From positions 1-64,000 of the forward strand of contig CAWFDF010000014.1 of the NCBI GenBank assembly GCA_963814585.1: DNA of 64,000 nt, given 5' to 3'. Positions 36,571 to 46,171 of this stretch are shown here, piece after piece. The position numbers were made by a program, and so were the translations under genes. The stretch is from an uncultured delta proteobacterium. GTDB taxonomy: Bacteria; Myxococcota; Myxococcia; Myxococcales; Anaeromyxobacteraceae. The notes under the pieces are model-generated. The model was not told where the DNA came from. It saw only the letters and a program-made list of their open reading frames with translations, and ran no database searches. Each line of letters begins with the position of its first letter. The stretch's first letter is position 1.

Positions 36571-36595
36571 CAGGTCGCTCCCCGCCACGCCACCT

Positions 36596-36634
36596 GACGC
36601 CCGGTCGGACGCCCGGCCGGGCGTCGCCGTTTCT
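36596..36634 (+). terminator. Hairpin/terminator after the RHH gene
   Basis: 13-bp stem GACGCCCGGTCGG / CCGGCCGGGCGTC followed by GCCGTTTCT. Confidence 0.45.
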
Positions 36635-36656
36635 CATGCGGTAGACTGCGCCGACG

Positions 36657-37955
36657 ATGCCCACGAACGACCCGAGCGACCGGGAGTCCCACCCGGCCGA
36701 CCCCGCCGGCTCGCCCGACGACTCCAGCGGGTACGAGCCGCCAGCTGGACTCGACGGGTCACGGCCCGTGCGGGCCCACGCCACCGCCGACGACCTCGCC
36801 GAGGCCGGGGCCGGGTCCCGACCCCCGCCAGGTCCCCGCCGCTCTCCCGCCACCCGGGTCGCGGTCGTCGCCGGCCTCATCCTGGCGGCCGCGGCGGCGC
36901 TGCTCGGCTACCGCCAGGCACATCGCGCCAGGGTGCTCGCCGAGGGGATGGCCATCGCCGAGACGGCGCTCCGGCTCGACACCGCGGCCGGCTACCGCAA
37001 GGCCGCCGACACGCTGGAGCCGCTCGCCCGGCTCGATCCGCGCGACGCCGCGTCGATGCGTGCCTTCGCGCTGGCGATGCTGGCGAGCGACTACCGTGAG
37101 TCCGACCTGGGCGGAGAGGCCGAGGCACTCATCACCGCTCCGGGGCGCGCCGAGAGCGTCCCTACCTACGCCAACCTCGCCGCCGCGGCGCTGTTCCTCG
37201 GCCGCGGCGCCCTCGGCGACGCCGCGACCTATGCCGGCCGCGCCGGCGACACGCCCTGGTCGGGTGCGCTGCTGGCCCGGCTGGCCTTGATGGCCGGAAA
37301 CCCCGAGGCGGCCTTCGATCCGATCCGCCGCTCCCTCGCGGCGGACCCCGGGTTGGCCGCCTCGCTGGCGATGCAGGGCGACCTGGCCCGCCGGGTTCGC
37401 CGGGACGTCCACGCCGCTCGCACCGCCTACGCGGCGGCGCTGGCCACCTCTCGCACCCACCCGCGAGCCACCTACGGCCTCGCCAAGCTGGCCCTGGCCT
37501 CGAAGATCCCGCTCAACGAGGCCATCCCACCGCTCCGGGCCCTTCTCCACGACACCCAGGCGACGCCGCCCAACGAGCGGGCTCGCGCCGCGCTCCACCT
37601 CGCGTCGCTGGAGCTCCGCGCCGGGGAACGGGCCGCTGCCGGGGCCACGCTCGACGCCGTCGAGGGCCTCGACCGGTCCGGTCGCGCCTGGGCCGAGGTG
37701 GCGGTCCAGGTCGCCGCCGCCGACCGGAAGGCCTACCGGGCCGTGAAGGGGCCGCCCCCACTCTTCGTCAGCGCCAGCGATGACGACCCGCTCGAGGCGC
37801 CTGCGATCGACCCGACCCCTCCGCCGCCGCCACCGCCCAGGGCCAAGGCCGCCCCCAAGGCCACCCCGAAGGCCGGTGCCAGGCCGGTCAAGAAGGCGCC
37901 GCCTCCCGTGAAGAAGCCGCCCGAGAAGAAGGCACCCGCCCGGAAGACGCCGTAG
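36657..37955 (+). CDS. Membrane-anchored TPR-like hypothetical protein
   Basis: Single TM segment, Ala-rich helical repeats, Pro/Lys-rich tail. Confidence 0.75.
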   Translation: MPTNDPSDRESHPADPAGSPDDSSGYEPPAGLDGSRPVRAHATADDLAEAGAGSRPPPGPRRSPATRVAVVAGLILAAAAALLGYRQAHRARVLAEGMAIAETALRLDTAAGYRKAADTLEPLARLDPRDAASMRAFALAMLASDYRESDLGGEAEALITAPGRAESVPTYANLAAAALFLGRGALGDAATYAGRAGDTPWSGALLARLALMAGNPEAAFDPIRRSLAADPGLAASLAMQGDLARRVRRDVHAARTAYAAALATSRTHPRATYGLAKLALASKIPLNEAIPPLRALLHDTQATPPNERARAALHLASLELRAGERAAAGATLDAVEGLDRSGRAWAEVAVQVAAADRKAYRAVKGPPPLFVSASDDDPLEAPAIDPTPPPPPPPRAKAAPKATPKAGARPVKKAPPPVKKPPEKKAPARKTP

Positions 37956-38202
37956 CGCGGTCTCACCGCGTCCTGCTCGAGAGAGCGGCAGGTCCCGACG
38001 TCGGAGACCGAGTCCCCGCCGCACGCTGCTGGCGACGGCCTCCCGGCCTGCTCCCGTCGAAGCGCGGGCCCGTTCCGGGCTCCGCGGCGGGTCCGCCAGG
38101 CCCCGGCGGCCATGCTCGACGGGCGACCAGCGCGCTGCTCGCGGCGAGCGCACCCGCGCCGCCCAGCCGCCGGAAGCCACGGATTCGCGGCGGTTCCCGG
38201 TC

Positions 38203-38218
38203 CGGCACGCGCGCTGCA
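38203..38218 (+). promoter_or_regulatory. Putative sigma54 (-24/-12) promoter
   Basis: CGGCACG-CGCG-CTGCA (GG-N10-GC) about 50 nt before the ATG at 38271. Confidence 0.5.
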
Positions 38219-38270
38219 AAGCCTCCCGGTACGCATGCAGCACTCACGCCCTTTCGGGAGGAGCCCCACG

Positions 38271-39044
38271 ATGAAGCAGGCCTTCAAGGCGGCCGTCGCC
38301 GCCGCGGTTCTCGCCACCGCCACCGTCGCCTCGGCCACGCCGTCCACCGTCTACTGGACGCCAGCCACCACCTACACGCAGCCGTTCCTGGTGCCGCACC
38401 TCACCTACGACAGCTACTTCGCCGAGGGTGGCCAGCTCCAGCCCGACTACGGCCTCACCATCGGCATCCTGCCCTTCGAGAAGTTCCAGGCCGAGGTGGG
38501 CGTCGACCTGCTGGTCCCCGGGCCCCACAAGGACAACCTCTACCTGAACGGCAAGGTGACCCTGGTGGAGGGCGCCTTCGCCGAGTGGCAGCCCGGCATC
38601 TCCCTGGGCATCCAGAGCGTCGGCTTCAAGAAGGACTACAGCGACTACAACCACCTGTACCTCACCGTCGGCAAGACCTTCGGCTTCGGAACGGTGGTGG
38701 TGGGCGGCTACCACGGAGGTAACGAGGTCCTCTACACCAGCAGCTCCGGCGAGGTGGAGCAGACCGGCTTCATGGCCTCCTACACCAGCCCGGACATCAA
38801 GGTCGGGCTCACCGGCCTCGACAAGATCGTCCTCGCCGCCGACTTCGCCAGCGGCAACAACTTCTTCGGCGCCTACGGCGTCGGCGCCGCCTTCTACTTC
38901 ACGCCGGCCATCTCGCTGCTCACCGGCCCGGTGATGTTCAACGACAAGGACCTGATGAAGGGGACCTACGGCTCCGACTTCATGTGGACGGTCCAGCTCG
39001 ACGTCGACTTCGACCTGCGGGCGCCGTCGGCGCCCGCCAAGTAG
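38271..39044 (+). CDS. Exported, probably outer-membrane beta-barrel protein
   Basis: GGAGGAG RBS, signal peptide, aromatic amphipathic strands ending WTVQLDVDF; strongly biased codons. Confidence 0.8.
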   Translation: MKQAFKAAVAAAVLATATVASATPSTVYWTPATTYTQPFLVPHLTYDSYFAEGGQLQPDYGLTIGILPFEKFQAEVGVDLLVPGPHKDNLYLNGKVTLVEGAFAEWQPGISLGIQSVGFKKDYSDYNHLYLTVGKTFGFGTVVVGGYHGGNEVLYTSSSGEVEQTGFMASYTSPDIKVGLTGLDKIVLAADFASGNNFFGAYGVGAAFYFTPAISLLTGPVMFNDKDLMKGTYGSDFMWTVQLDVDFDLRAPSAPAK

Positions 39045-39060
39045 CTGCGCGGGGGCGCTT

Positions 39061-39102
39061 CGCGGGGCGTCCGGGCCAGTGCGGCCGGGCGCCCCGCGTC
39101 TT
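39061..39102. terminator. Hairpin between convergent genes
   Basis: CGCGGGGCGTCCGG / CCGGGCGCCCCGCG stem then TCTT. Confidence 0.5.
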
Positions 39103-39119
39103 GCTGGGGCGGCGGCGGC

Positions 39120-39622
39120 TCAGGTCTCGAACATCGCCAGCACCACGTCGATGATGTAGTGCTCCAGGCGCCTCAGCTCGGGGTCCGGCAGGTCCATGAA
39201 CCGGGCCGCGACGCGCGTCGAGCCGGGCAACGGCTTCACCTCGATGAGCCGGGCCCGGCAGACCAGCGGCTCCCCCCGGGGAGGCGCAGCGTCACGCCCA
39301 CCACCTCTCCCAGCAGCGGAGGCCTGGCCAGCAGCGTGGCGAAGCCGCCCGTCGAGAGATCGAGCGTCACGGTGCGCTGGTGCACGCCCCCGATCTGGAG
39401 ATCGAGCTGCAGCGCCCGCGCCACCCGCAGCGAGCGCCGCGCCGTCTCGCCAGGCTTGAGCGCGAGCTTCTGGGCGGCGAGCATGGCCCTGGCCAGCTCG
39501 TCCCGGGAGGCGTGGTAGGTGGACTCCTCGCCGGGCAGGAGCGATCCGTCCCGGGCTCGCTCGTGCAGGTCCCGGAAGGAGCGCAGCCAGTCGGCCAGGC
39601 CCCCAGGTGGCGCGCCAGCCAC
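39120..39622 (-). CDS. PilZ-domain protein (frameshift ~39275)
   Basis: RRSLRV (RxxxR) and DLSTGG (DxSxxG) motifs. Confidence 0.75.
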
Positions 39623-39894
39623 TACAGGGCCTTCTTCAGCTCGGGCGCCGGCTTGAAGTTGACCGTCCGGGTGGGCGCGATCTGGATCTCCGCCCCGGTG
39701 CGCGGGTTGCGCCCCACCCGCCCCGCCCGCTTCTTCACCGCGAAGGTGCCGAAGCCGGGCATGACGAACCGCTTGTCCTTGCGGATCCCCTTGGCCAGCT
39801 GCTCGAAGACCGCGTCCACCAGCTGGGCCACGTGTCGCTTCGAGAGATCCGGGTGGGCGCCCTGTACCTTCTCGATGAGGCCAGCCTTGGTCAT
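39622..39894 (-). CDS. HU/IHF-family DNA-binding protein
   Basis: MTKAGLI, GFGTF, GRNPRTG, FKP. Confidence 0.95.
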   Translation of the reverse strand: MTKAGLIEKVQGAHPDLSKRHVAQLVDAVFEQLAKGIRKDKRFVMPGFGTFAVKKRAGRVGRNPRTGAEIQIAPTRTVNFKPAPELKKAL

Positions 39895-39985
39895 GTCGTC
39901 GACATCCTCGGTGTGGGGAAAGGACGCTAGCGATCCGCCTCGGGGCCGTCAAGCCGCGATCACGAGGCTCCTCGCGCGCGCTGCG

Positions 39986-40807
39986 TCAAGGCTTGATTCC
40001 CAGCAAGACCCGTGTCTCGGCCGGCGTGGCTGGCCGTCGCCCGGCCTCCGCCGCGAGCTCGACCGCCGCGCGCACCAGCTGCTCGTTGCCCGAGGCCAGC
40101 ACGCCCTTCGAGATGAAGAGGTTGTCCTCCAGCCCGACGCGCACGTGGCCGCCGAGCCGGAGGGCCACCACGGCCATGGGGAGCTCGTGGCGGCCGATGC
40201 CGGCCACCGACCAGGGCACCGCCTCGGGCAGGCCCTCGACGAGGAAGCGGAGGTTCCGCTCGCTCCCGGTCATGCCGCCGGGGACGCCCAGCACGAACTG
40301 CACGTGGTAGGGCGGCGCCAGGTGGCCCTCCCCGAGGAGCCAGGCCAGCGTGTCGAGCATGCCGGCGTCGTAGACCTCGCACTCGGGCACGAGGCCGCGC
40401 TGGCGCAGGCGGGCCGCCACCTGGACGATGTCCGGGCGGGTGTTGGTGAAGACGCCGTCGCCGAAGTTCATCGTCCCCATGTTGAGCGTGCCCATCTCGG
40501 CGCCGGGCACCAGCGAGCCGAGGCGCTCCTCGATCCCCATCCCCACCGCGCCACCGGTGGAGCACTGGATCACCACGTCGCACCCGGCCCCGCGGATCCG
40601 GTCGACGATCTCGCGGAAGTGGGCGGCCTCCTGCGACGGGCGTCCATCCGGCCAGCGGGCGTGCAGGTGGACCACGGCCGCGCCCGCGGCGGCCGCGGCC
40701 ACCGCCGCCGCCGCGATCTCGGCCGGCGTGTACGGGACCGCCGGGTTCTGCTCGCGGCGCACCTCGGCTCCCACGACCGCGGCGGCGATGATGACCGGAG
40801 CTGCCAT
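39986..40807 (-). CDS. kce: 3-keto-5-aminohexanoate cleavage enzyme (BKACE/DUF849)
   Basis: NPAVPYTPAEI, VHLHAR, STGGAVGM, GTMNFG, RVGLEDN; lysine-pathway context. Confidence 0.9.
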   Translation of the reverse strand: MAAPVIIAAAVVGAEVRREQNPAVPYTPAEIAAAAVAAAAAGAAVVHLHARWPDGRPSQEAAHFREIVDRIRGAGCDVVIQCSTGGAVGMGIEERLGSLVPGAEMGTLNMGTMNFGDGVFTNTRPDIVQVAARLRQRGLVPECEVYDAGMLDTLAWLLGEGHLAPPYHVQFVLGVPGGMTGSERNLRFLVEGLPEAVPWSVAGIGRHELPMAVVALRLGGHVRVGLEDNLFISKGVLASGNEQLVRAAVELAAEAGRRPATPAETRVLLGIKP

Positions 40808-40810
40808 GGC

Positions 40811-41206
40811 TCACCCTCCCGCCGGCCGGAGCCGCTGCCTGTCCCTCGGCACCACGCAGGTCCCGCTGGCGCGACAGACCAGCACCGGCGTGGCCAGGAC
40901 CTCGGCGGCGCTGGCGCCCAGGTCGGGGCGGGGCGCGATCACCTTCCAGGCCTCGAACCTCATGCCACGGGAGGTGGCGCCGGAGGAGGCGATCTCGCCC
41001 GAGGCCTCCACGTAGTCGCCGGCGTGGACCGGGGCGAGGAACTCCACCGCGTCGTAGGCGCGGAAAAGCCCCTCGTCGCCGTCGTGGCGGATCAGCAGCT
41101 CGGTGGCCACGTCGCCGAAGAGCGCCAGCATCCTGGCCCCGTCGACGAGGTGGCCCCCGTAGTGGGCGTCGGCCTGCGACATCCTCAACCGGATCGTCAC
41201 CTTCAT
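40811..41206 (-). CDS. kal: 3-aminobutyryl-CoA ammonia-lyase (hotdog fold)
   Basis: [42 protein letters not shown]. Confidence 0.92.
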   Translation of the reverse strand: MKVTIRLRMSQADAHYGGHLVDGARMLALFGDVATELLIRHDGDEGLFRAYDAVEFLAPVHAGDYVEASGEIASSGATSRGMRFEAWKVIAPRPDLGASAAEVLATPVLVCRASGTCVVPRDRQRLRPAGG

Positions 41207-41973
41207 CCGTGGTGCTCCTTTCCCATCCGCCTCAGCACCTCGCCCACGATGTAGTTGGCCACGGTGGAGGGCCTGGTGCCGGGACCGAAGCCGGCGTCGT
41301 AGCCGAGCTCGAGCGCCAGCTTGTGGTCGATGCGCGGGCCGCCCAGCAGCAGGATCACCCGCTGCCGCCGTCCCAGCCGCTCCAGCTCGTCGACGAGGCG
41401 GCGGGCGTTGTCCCGGTGGACGTCGCGCTGCGTGACCACCTGCGAGACCAGCACGGCGTCGGCGCCGCGCTCCACCGCCAGCCGGGCCAGCTCGGCGTTC
41501 TCCACCTGCGCCCCGAGGTTGATGGCCTCGAAGCACGGGTAGCGCTCCAGCCCGGAGTCGCCGGCGAAGCCCTTCATGTTCATGATGGCGTCGATGCCGA
41601 CGGCATGGGCATCGGAGCCGGTGCAGGCCCCCAGCACCACGACGCGCCGTCCGATCTCGCGCAGGGCCAGCTCGTTCAGCTCGTCGAACCCCTTCGGGCG
41701 CGTCACCACCTCGGCCACCTGCAGCGTGGCGAGATCGACGGCCACGCCGGTCCGGCCATAGACGACGAAGACGGTGAAGCGCTCCGCCGCGGCCTCCATC
41801 GAGGCCACCAGCACCTGGCTCAGCCCCATCTGGCGTGCCACCTCGGCCGCCGCCTCGCGAGCCCGCTCGCCGGCCGGCACCGGCAGGACGAAGGAGAGCT
41901 GGACGACGCCGTCGTCCTGGCGATCCCCGTACGGGCGGACCAGCGTGCCGGCGGCCGGTGGGCGGGCGGTCAC
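41203..41973 (-). CDS. kamE: Lysine 5,6-aminomutase beta subunit (B12/PLP)
   Basis: [45 protein letters not shown]. Confidence 0.92.
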   Translation of the reverse strand: MTARPPAAGTLVRPYGDRQDDGVVQLSFVLPVPAGERAREAAAEVARQMGLSQVLVASMEAAAERFTVFVVYGRTGVAVDLATLQVAEVVTRPKGFDELNELALREIGRRVVVLGACTGSDAHAVGIDAIMNMKGFAGDSGLERYPCFEAINLGAQVENAELARLAVERGADAVLVSQVVTQRDVHRDNARRLVDELERLGRRQRVILLLGGPRIDHKLALELGYDAGFGPGTRPSTVANYIVGEVLRRMGKEHHG

Positions 41974-42491
41974 GGGGCGCCCCCCAGGCGCGCCGACTGC
42001 ACCACGGCCCGCCAGGTCTCGAGGAGCGGCTGGCTCACCGGCGAGCGCCCGGTGAAGGTCAGCCAGTGCTGCTCCGGCCCGGCGCAGGCCAGGTACGCCC
42101 AGCCGTGACTGCCTCCCTGGTCGGCCTCCTGCTCCACCGCCGGCTTCCCACCGAGCGAGCTCAGGTGGCGCTTGACCCGCTCCAGCCCGGCGTCGCGCTC
42201 CCTCAGCGCCGCCTCCCCGGCGGCGAGGCAGGCCGCGCCGTCCGCGCCGCGCGGCCCGGCGGCCCACGCCTCCAGCCTCGCGCTCCCCTGCGGTGGCACC
42301 AGGGCCAGCCTGCGGGCGTCGCCGCTGGCCTCCCAGGCCGACGGGGCCTCGATGGCGAGCGCGCCCACCTGGTAGCCCCGCCACCCCGGGCGGGCCGAGG
42401 GGCGTGACTCGGGCGGGCCCCGTCCCAGCAGGCCGGCGCAGCCGGTGGCGAGCCACAGCGCGAGCGCGGCGGACCAGCGCGTCGAGGTCAC
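41970..42491 (-). CDS. Hypothetical lipoprotein
   Basis: Lipobox-like LATGC; 4-nt overlaps with both neighbours. Confidence 0.7.
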   Translation of the reverse strand: MTSTRWSAALALWLATGCAGLLGRGPPESRPSARPGWRGYQVGALAIEAPSAWEASGDARRLALVPPQGSARLEAWAAGPRGADGAACLAAGEAALRERDAGLERVKRHLSSLGGKPAVEQEADQGGSHGWAYLACAGPEQHWLTFTGRSPVSQPLLETWRAVVQSARLGGAP

Positions 42492-44059
42492 GTGGCCTCC
42501 AGCCCGTCGAGGAGCGGGTTGAAGTAGTCGGGGGCGCGCGCCACCACGCCGTCGAGCCCCTTGCCTCCGGTCTCGCGGCGCGCCACGTCGCCGAAGCGGG
42601 CCTTGCCGATGGCGGCGAAGAGGCCGTCGGCGGCCACCTCCTCCAGCAGCTCGCGGGCGCGGTGCAGCGTCGCCGCCGCCCGCGACTCCACCATCCCGCC
42701 GGGCTTCAGCTGCAGCTCGGCCCCCATCGAGCGCCAGGCCCGGTAGACGTAGTCGGCACCCTTGAGCGCGGCGTACCGGTCCATCAGGAGGGGGTTGTGC
42801 ATGGCCTCGGTCATCATGCCGAGCAGCTGGATCCCCTGCCCGGTCACCCAGCCCACCACGTCGGCCATCAGGTCGTAGCCGTGGCTGAAGAAGATGTCGC
42901 CCTGCTTGTGCTTGGTGGGCGGCATGTACTTGATGGGCGCCGCCGGGAAGAGGGTCCGCACCAGCAGCGCCTGCGCCAGCTCGCGGGCGATGGTGTCCTC
43001 GCGCGCCGGGTCGATCTCGAAGCTGTGGCCGAGCCCGAGCAGCCGGTCAGGAAGCCCGGCCCGATGGGCGAAGGACTCGTTGACGAACTGCGAGGCGATG
43101 ACGGTGTGGGCCGCCTCGTCGGCGTCGGCGGTGGTGATGTAGTTGTCCTCGCCGGTGTTGATGAGGATGTCGGCCAGCGCGCAGATGCGGCGCGAGAAGT
43201 GCTGGTCGCAGAGGGTCCGCCGCATGTTGATGTCGCGAAAGAGGATGCCGTACATGGCGTCGTTGAGGAGCATGTCGAGGCGCTCCCACGCCCCGGCGAA
43301 GGCGATCTCCGGCATGCAAAGGCCGGACGAGTAGTTGGTGAGGTGGAGGTAACGACCCAGCCGGCGCGACTCGTCGTCGAGGGCCTCGCGCATGATGCGG
43401 AAGTTCTCCTGGGTGGCGTAGGTGCCGCCGAACCCCTCGGTGGTGGCGCCGTGCGGGACGTAGTCGAGGAGGGACTGGGCCGTGGAGCGGATCACCGCGA
43501 TGACGTCGGCGCCGGCCTGGGCGGCAGCCCGGGCCTGCTCCACGTCGTCCCAGATGTTGCCGGTGGCCACGATCACGTACTTGTGCGGCCGCGGTCCGGC
43601 CCCCAGCTCCGCCTTGAGGGCGTTGCGCGCCGCCACCCGCCCCCTCAGCTCGGCCAGCGCGGCGCGGGCCTCGCCGGCCAGGTCCTGGCGCAGCGCCCGG
43701 TCCTCGGCGGGCGACAGCCCAGCCGGCCGCTCCGGCAGGCTGGCGATGGCCTCGACGATGGCGGCCGGATCGCGCGCCCCCTGGCGCATGACGTACCCGA
43801 GCCACCAGGCGGCGCCCCGCCCGAGCAGGCCTCGCCGGTGCAGCTCGTCCACGACCAGGTTCACCTGGGGCACGCCGCGCGGCCCGGCCCCGTGCAGCCC
43901 GAAGAGCCGCAGCACCGTCCGCTCGATGGCCACGGTGGTGTGGCGATCGACGAGGTCCAGGACCGGCGCCGTCACCTGGTCGGCCAGGGCCCGGCAGCGG
44001 GCGACCTCCTCCCGGTCGAGGTGGAGATCCGGGACGTGGCGGCCATCGGCGAGGAGCAT
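42488..44059 (-). CDS. kamD: Lysine 5,6-aminomutase alpha subunit
   Basis: HTTVAIERT, YVIVATGNI, AQSLLDYVP, NYSSGLCMPEIA, INTGEDNY, KYMPPTKH. Confidence 0.94.
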   Translation of the reverse strand: MLLADGRHVPDLHLDREEVARCRALADQVTAPVLDLVDRHTTVAIERTVLRLFGLHGAGPRGVPQVNLVVDELHRRGLLGRGAAWWLGYVMRQGARDPAAIVEAIASLPERPAGLSPAEDRALRQDLAGEARAALAELRGRVAARNALKAELGAGPRPHKYVIVATGNIWDDVEQARAAAQAGADVIAVIRSTAQSLLDYVPHGATTEGFGGTYATQENFRIMREALDDESRRLGRYLHLTNYSSGLCMPEIAFAGAWERLDMLLNDAMYGILFRDINMRRTLCDQHFSRRICALADILINTGEDNYITTADADEAAHTVIASQFVNESFAHRAGLPDRLLGLGHSFEIDPAREDTIARELAQALLVRTLFPAAPIKYMPPTKHKQGDIFFSHGYDLMADVVGWVTGQGIQLLGMMTEAMHNPLLMDRYAALKGADYVYRAWRSMGAELQLKPGGMVESRAAATLHRARELLEEVAADGLFAAIGKARFGDVARRETGGKGLDGVVARAPDYFNPLLDGLEAT

Positions 44060-44128
44060 GCCGCGAGGTGTAGGCCGCGGGGCCCCGGACGGCAAGGGAT
44101 TCCCGGAGCCTTCCCCGGCCGCGCCCGA

Positions 44129-45442
44129 TCAGCTGGCCCGGGAGGCCCACCAGGCCCGGGCGGCGCCGGAGAGCCCCTCGGCGGTGTTGAGCCCCGGCTC
44201 GTCGAGCACCAGGTCGAGCAGGTGGCGCAGCCCCTCTCCGACGTGCGGACCCGGCGGGCAGCCGAGCCGCGCCATCAGGCCGCGGCCGTCGAGCGCCAGC
44301 GCGCCCGTCTCCAGGGGGGCCCCCGAGTGCAGCTCCCCCTCGGCGCGCGCCCGCAGCCGCCTCGCCGCAGCGCCAGCCTTCGGCCGGCGGGCCGGCGGCA
44401 GCGCCGCCACCTCGGCCTCGCGGAGCGCCAGCAAGGCCTGGACCCGCCCGGGCCCCACCCCCGCCAGCCAGCGGCGAACCACCGGCGGCGAGACCGGATC
44501 GTCCGGCCCGGCCTCGCGCAGGCAGGCGTGGCGGGCCGCCAGGGCCGCCACCTCGGTCGCCACCCGCCCCGGGAACCGCAGGCTCGACAGCAGCCCCTCG
44601 ATCTCCGCGACCGGCGCGGCGTGGAAGAGGGCCGTGAGCCTGAGCGCCAGGTCCGGCGGCTCTCCGCCGATCGCCGCGGCCACCGCGCCGAGGTGGCGCA
44701 GGCGGGCCGGGGGCAGCGCCGCCAGGGGCGGCGCCAGCACCTCCAGCAGCCCGGTGGCGCCGAGCAGGCCGAAGGCCCGGGCCACGTGGCGCGACACCGC
44801 CAGGCGCCCCAGCTCCTCGGCCATCCGCTCCCGCGACACCTGCCGGACCACCGGCACGGCGCCGCGGATGGCCGCGCGCGTGCCGGCGTGGAGGCGGAAG
44901 CCGAGCTGCCCCGCGAAGCGGACCGCCCGCAGGGCCCGCAGGCCGTCCTCGGCGAACCGCTCACGGGCATCCCCCACGGCGCGGAGCACGCCCGCGCCGA
45001 GATCGCGCTGGCCTCCGAACGGGTCGACCAGCTCCAGCGCCAGCGGGTCGAAGGCCATGGCGTTGATGGTGAAGTCGCGCCGGGCCAGGTCGGCCTCGAG
45101 GTCGGTGTGGAAGGTGACCGAGCCGGGGCGGCGGCCATCCGTGTAGGCCCCCTCGCCTCGGAAGGTGGTCACCTCCACCTTGAGCCGGTCGGGCGCGAGG
45201 ATGGTGACGGTGCCGTGGTCGATGCCGGTGGGGATGACCCGCGGGAAGAGCTCCATCACCTGCTGCGGCGTGGCCGGGGTGGCCAGGTCGAAGTCGAGCC
45301 CCTGGCGAGCCCGGCGAAGCAGGAGGTCCCGCACCGCGCCGCCGACCACGTAGGAGCGGTGGCCCTTGGCGGCGAGCCGCGTGAGCACGCCGAGCACGGC
45401 GGGGGGGAAGACGGCGCTGCGCAGCGGCGCGGGGAGCGGCAT
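44129..45442 (-). CDS. cca: tRNA nucleotidyltransferase (class II, CCA-adding type)
   Basis: VGGAVRDLL..DFD, EVTTFR..YTDGRRP, RRDFTINAMA, EDGLR. Confidence 0.85.
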   Translation of the reverse strand: MPLPAPLRSAVFPPAVLGVLTRLAAKGHRSYVVGGAVRDLLLRRARQGLDFDLATPATPQQVMELFPRVIPTGIDHGTVTILAPDRLKVEVTTFRGEGAYTDGRRPGSVTFHTDLEADLARRDFTINAMAFDPLALELVDPFGGQRDLGAGVLRAVGDARERFAEDGLRALRAVRFAGQLGFRLHAGTRAAIRGAVPVVRQVSRERMAEELGRLAVSRHVARAFGLLGATGLLEVLAPPLAALPPARLRHLGAVAAAIGGEPPDLALRLTALFHAAPVAEIEGLLSSLRFPGRVATEVAALAARHACLREAGPDDPVSPPVVRRWLAGVGPGRVQALLALREAEVAALPPARRPKAGAAARRLRARAEGELHSGAPLETGALALDGRGLMARLGCPPGPHVGEGLRHLLDLVLDEPGLNTAEGLSGAARAWWASRAS

Positions 45443-45598
45443 GTCACGGAGCGTACCGCGGGAGGCCGCGGGCCGACAGCGGACGACGGAGCCGGGGCCC
45501 GCCACCCGCGGCCACGCGCCAGCGCGGCGGAGGCGGATCGGCGCCGGCCGGCTGGCTGCCCCCATTCCCCACCGGCCCAATCGGGTACCATGCGGGGC

Positions 45599-46171
45599 AT
45601 GTCCGTCGATGGCCGGGTCGCCGCACTGCTCGCCGAGCGCGACTTCAAGAGCGCCGCGGAGGTGGTCATGCGGGAGTACGGACCCGGCGTCCGCGGGCTC
45701 CACCTGACCATCTTCCGCCGGAACCCGGACGCCGCCGAGGAGGCGTTCTCGCTCTTCGCCGAGAACCTGTGGCGCTACATCGGCGGCTTCCGCGGCGAGG
45801 CGTCGGTCCGGACCTGGGTCTACACCATGGCGCGCAACGCGGCCGTCTCGGTCACCCGGGAGGGGTGGCGCAAGCTGGGCCGTCGCCTGGACACCGTCGA
45901 GGCCGACCGGCTCGCCGAGGAGGTGCGCACCCGTTCGGCGCTTCGCCTGGAGCGCCAGTCCACCGCGCTGACGGCGCTGCGCGACGCCCTGGACCTGGAC
46001 GAGCAGACGCTGCTCACGCTGCGCCTCGACGAGCGGCTGCCGTGGGACGAGATCGCCCAGATCATGTCGTCGGAAGGCGAGCCGATCGATGCCGCGACCA
46101 TCCGGAAGCGCTTCGAGCGGCTCAAGGCCAAGCTGGGCGAGCTGGCGAGGCAGCAGGGACTGATCGGGTGA
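45599..46171 (+). CDS. ECF-type sigma factor
   Basis: AAEEAFS..LWR..GFRGEASVRTWVYTMARN (region 2); LTLR...WDEIAQI...IRKRFERLK (region 4); alternative ATG at 45590. Confidence 0.88.
   Translation: MSVDGRVAALLAERDFKSAAEVVMREYGPGVRGLHLTIFRRNPDAAEEAFSLFAENLWRYIGGFRGEASVRTWVYTMARNAAVSVTREGWRKLGRRLDTVEADRLAEEVRTRSALRLERQSTALTALRDALDLDEQTLLTLRLDERLPWDEIAQIMSSEGEPIDAATIRKRFERLKAKLGELARQQGLIG

Noticed and set aside
38053..38123. Possible riboswitch or structured RNA (CCCGTCGA...TCGACGGG)
   Set aside because: No recognisable aptamer motif; such stems are expected at this GC content; it lies upstream of the predicted promoter.
44129..45442. Poly(A) polymerase (pcnB) assignment
   Set aside because: Lacks the PAP-specific (L/I)(I/V)GRRF signature; loop and template motifs fit a tRNA nucleotidyltransferase.
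42293..46171. 1292-aa plus-strand ORF and similar long Arg/Pro/Gly-rich ORFs (e.g. 46688-50515, 17065-19947)
   Set aside because: Stop-poor shadow frames of high-GC DNA; only their 3' parts are real genes (sigma, ATP-grasp, oxidoreductase).
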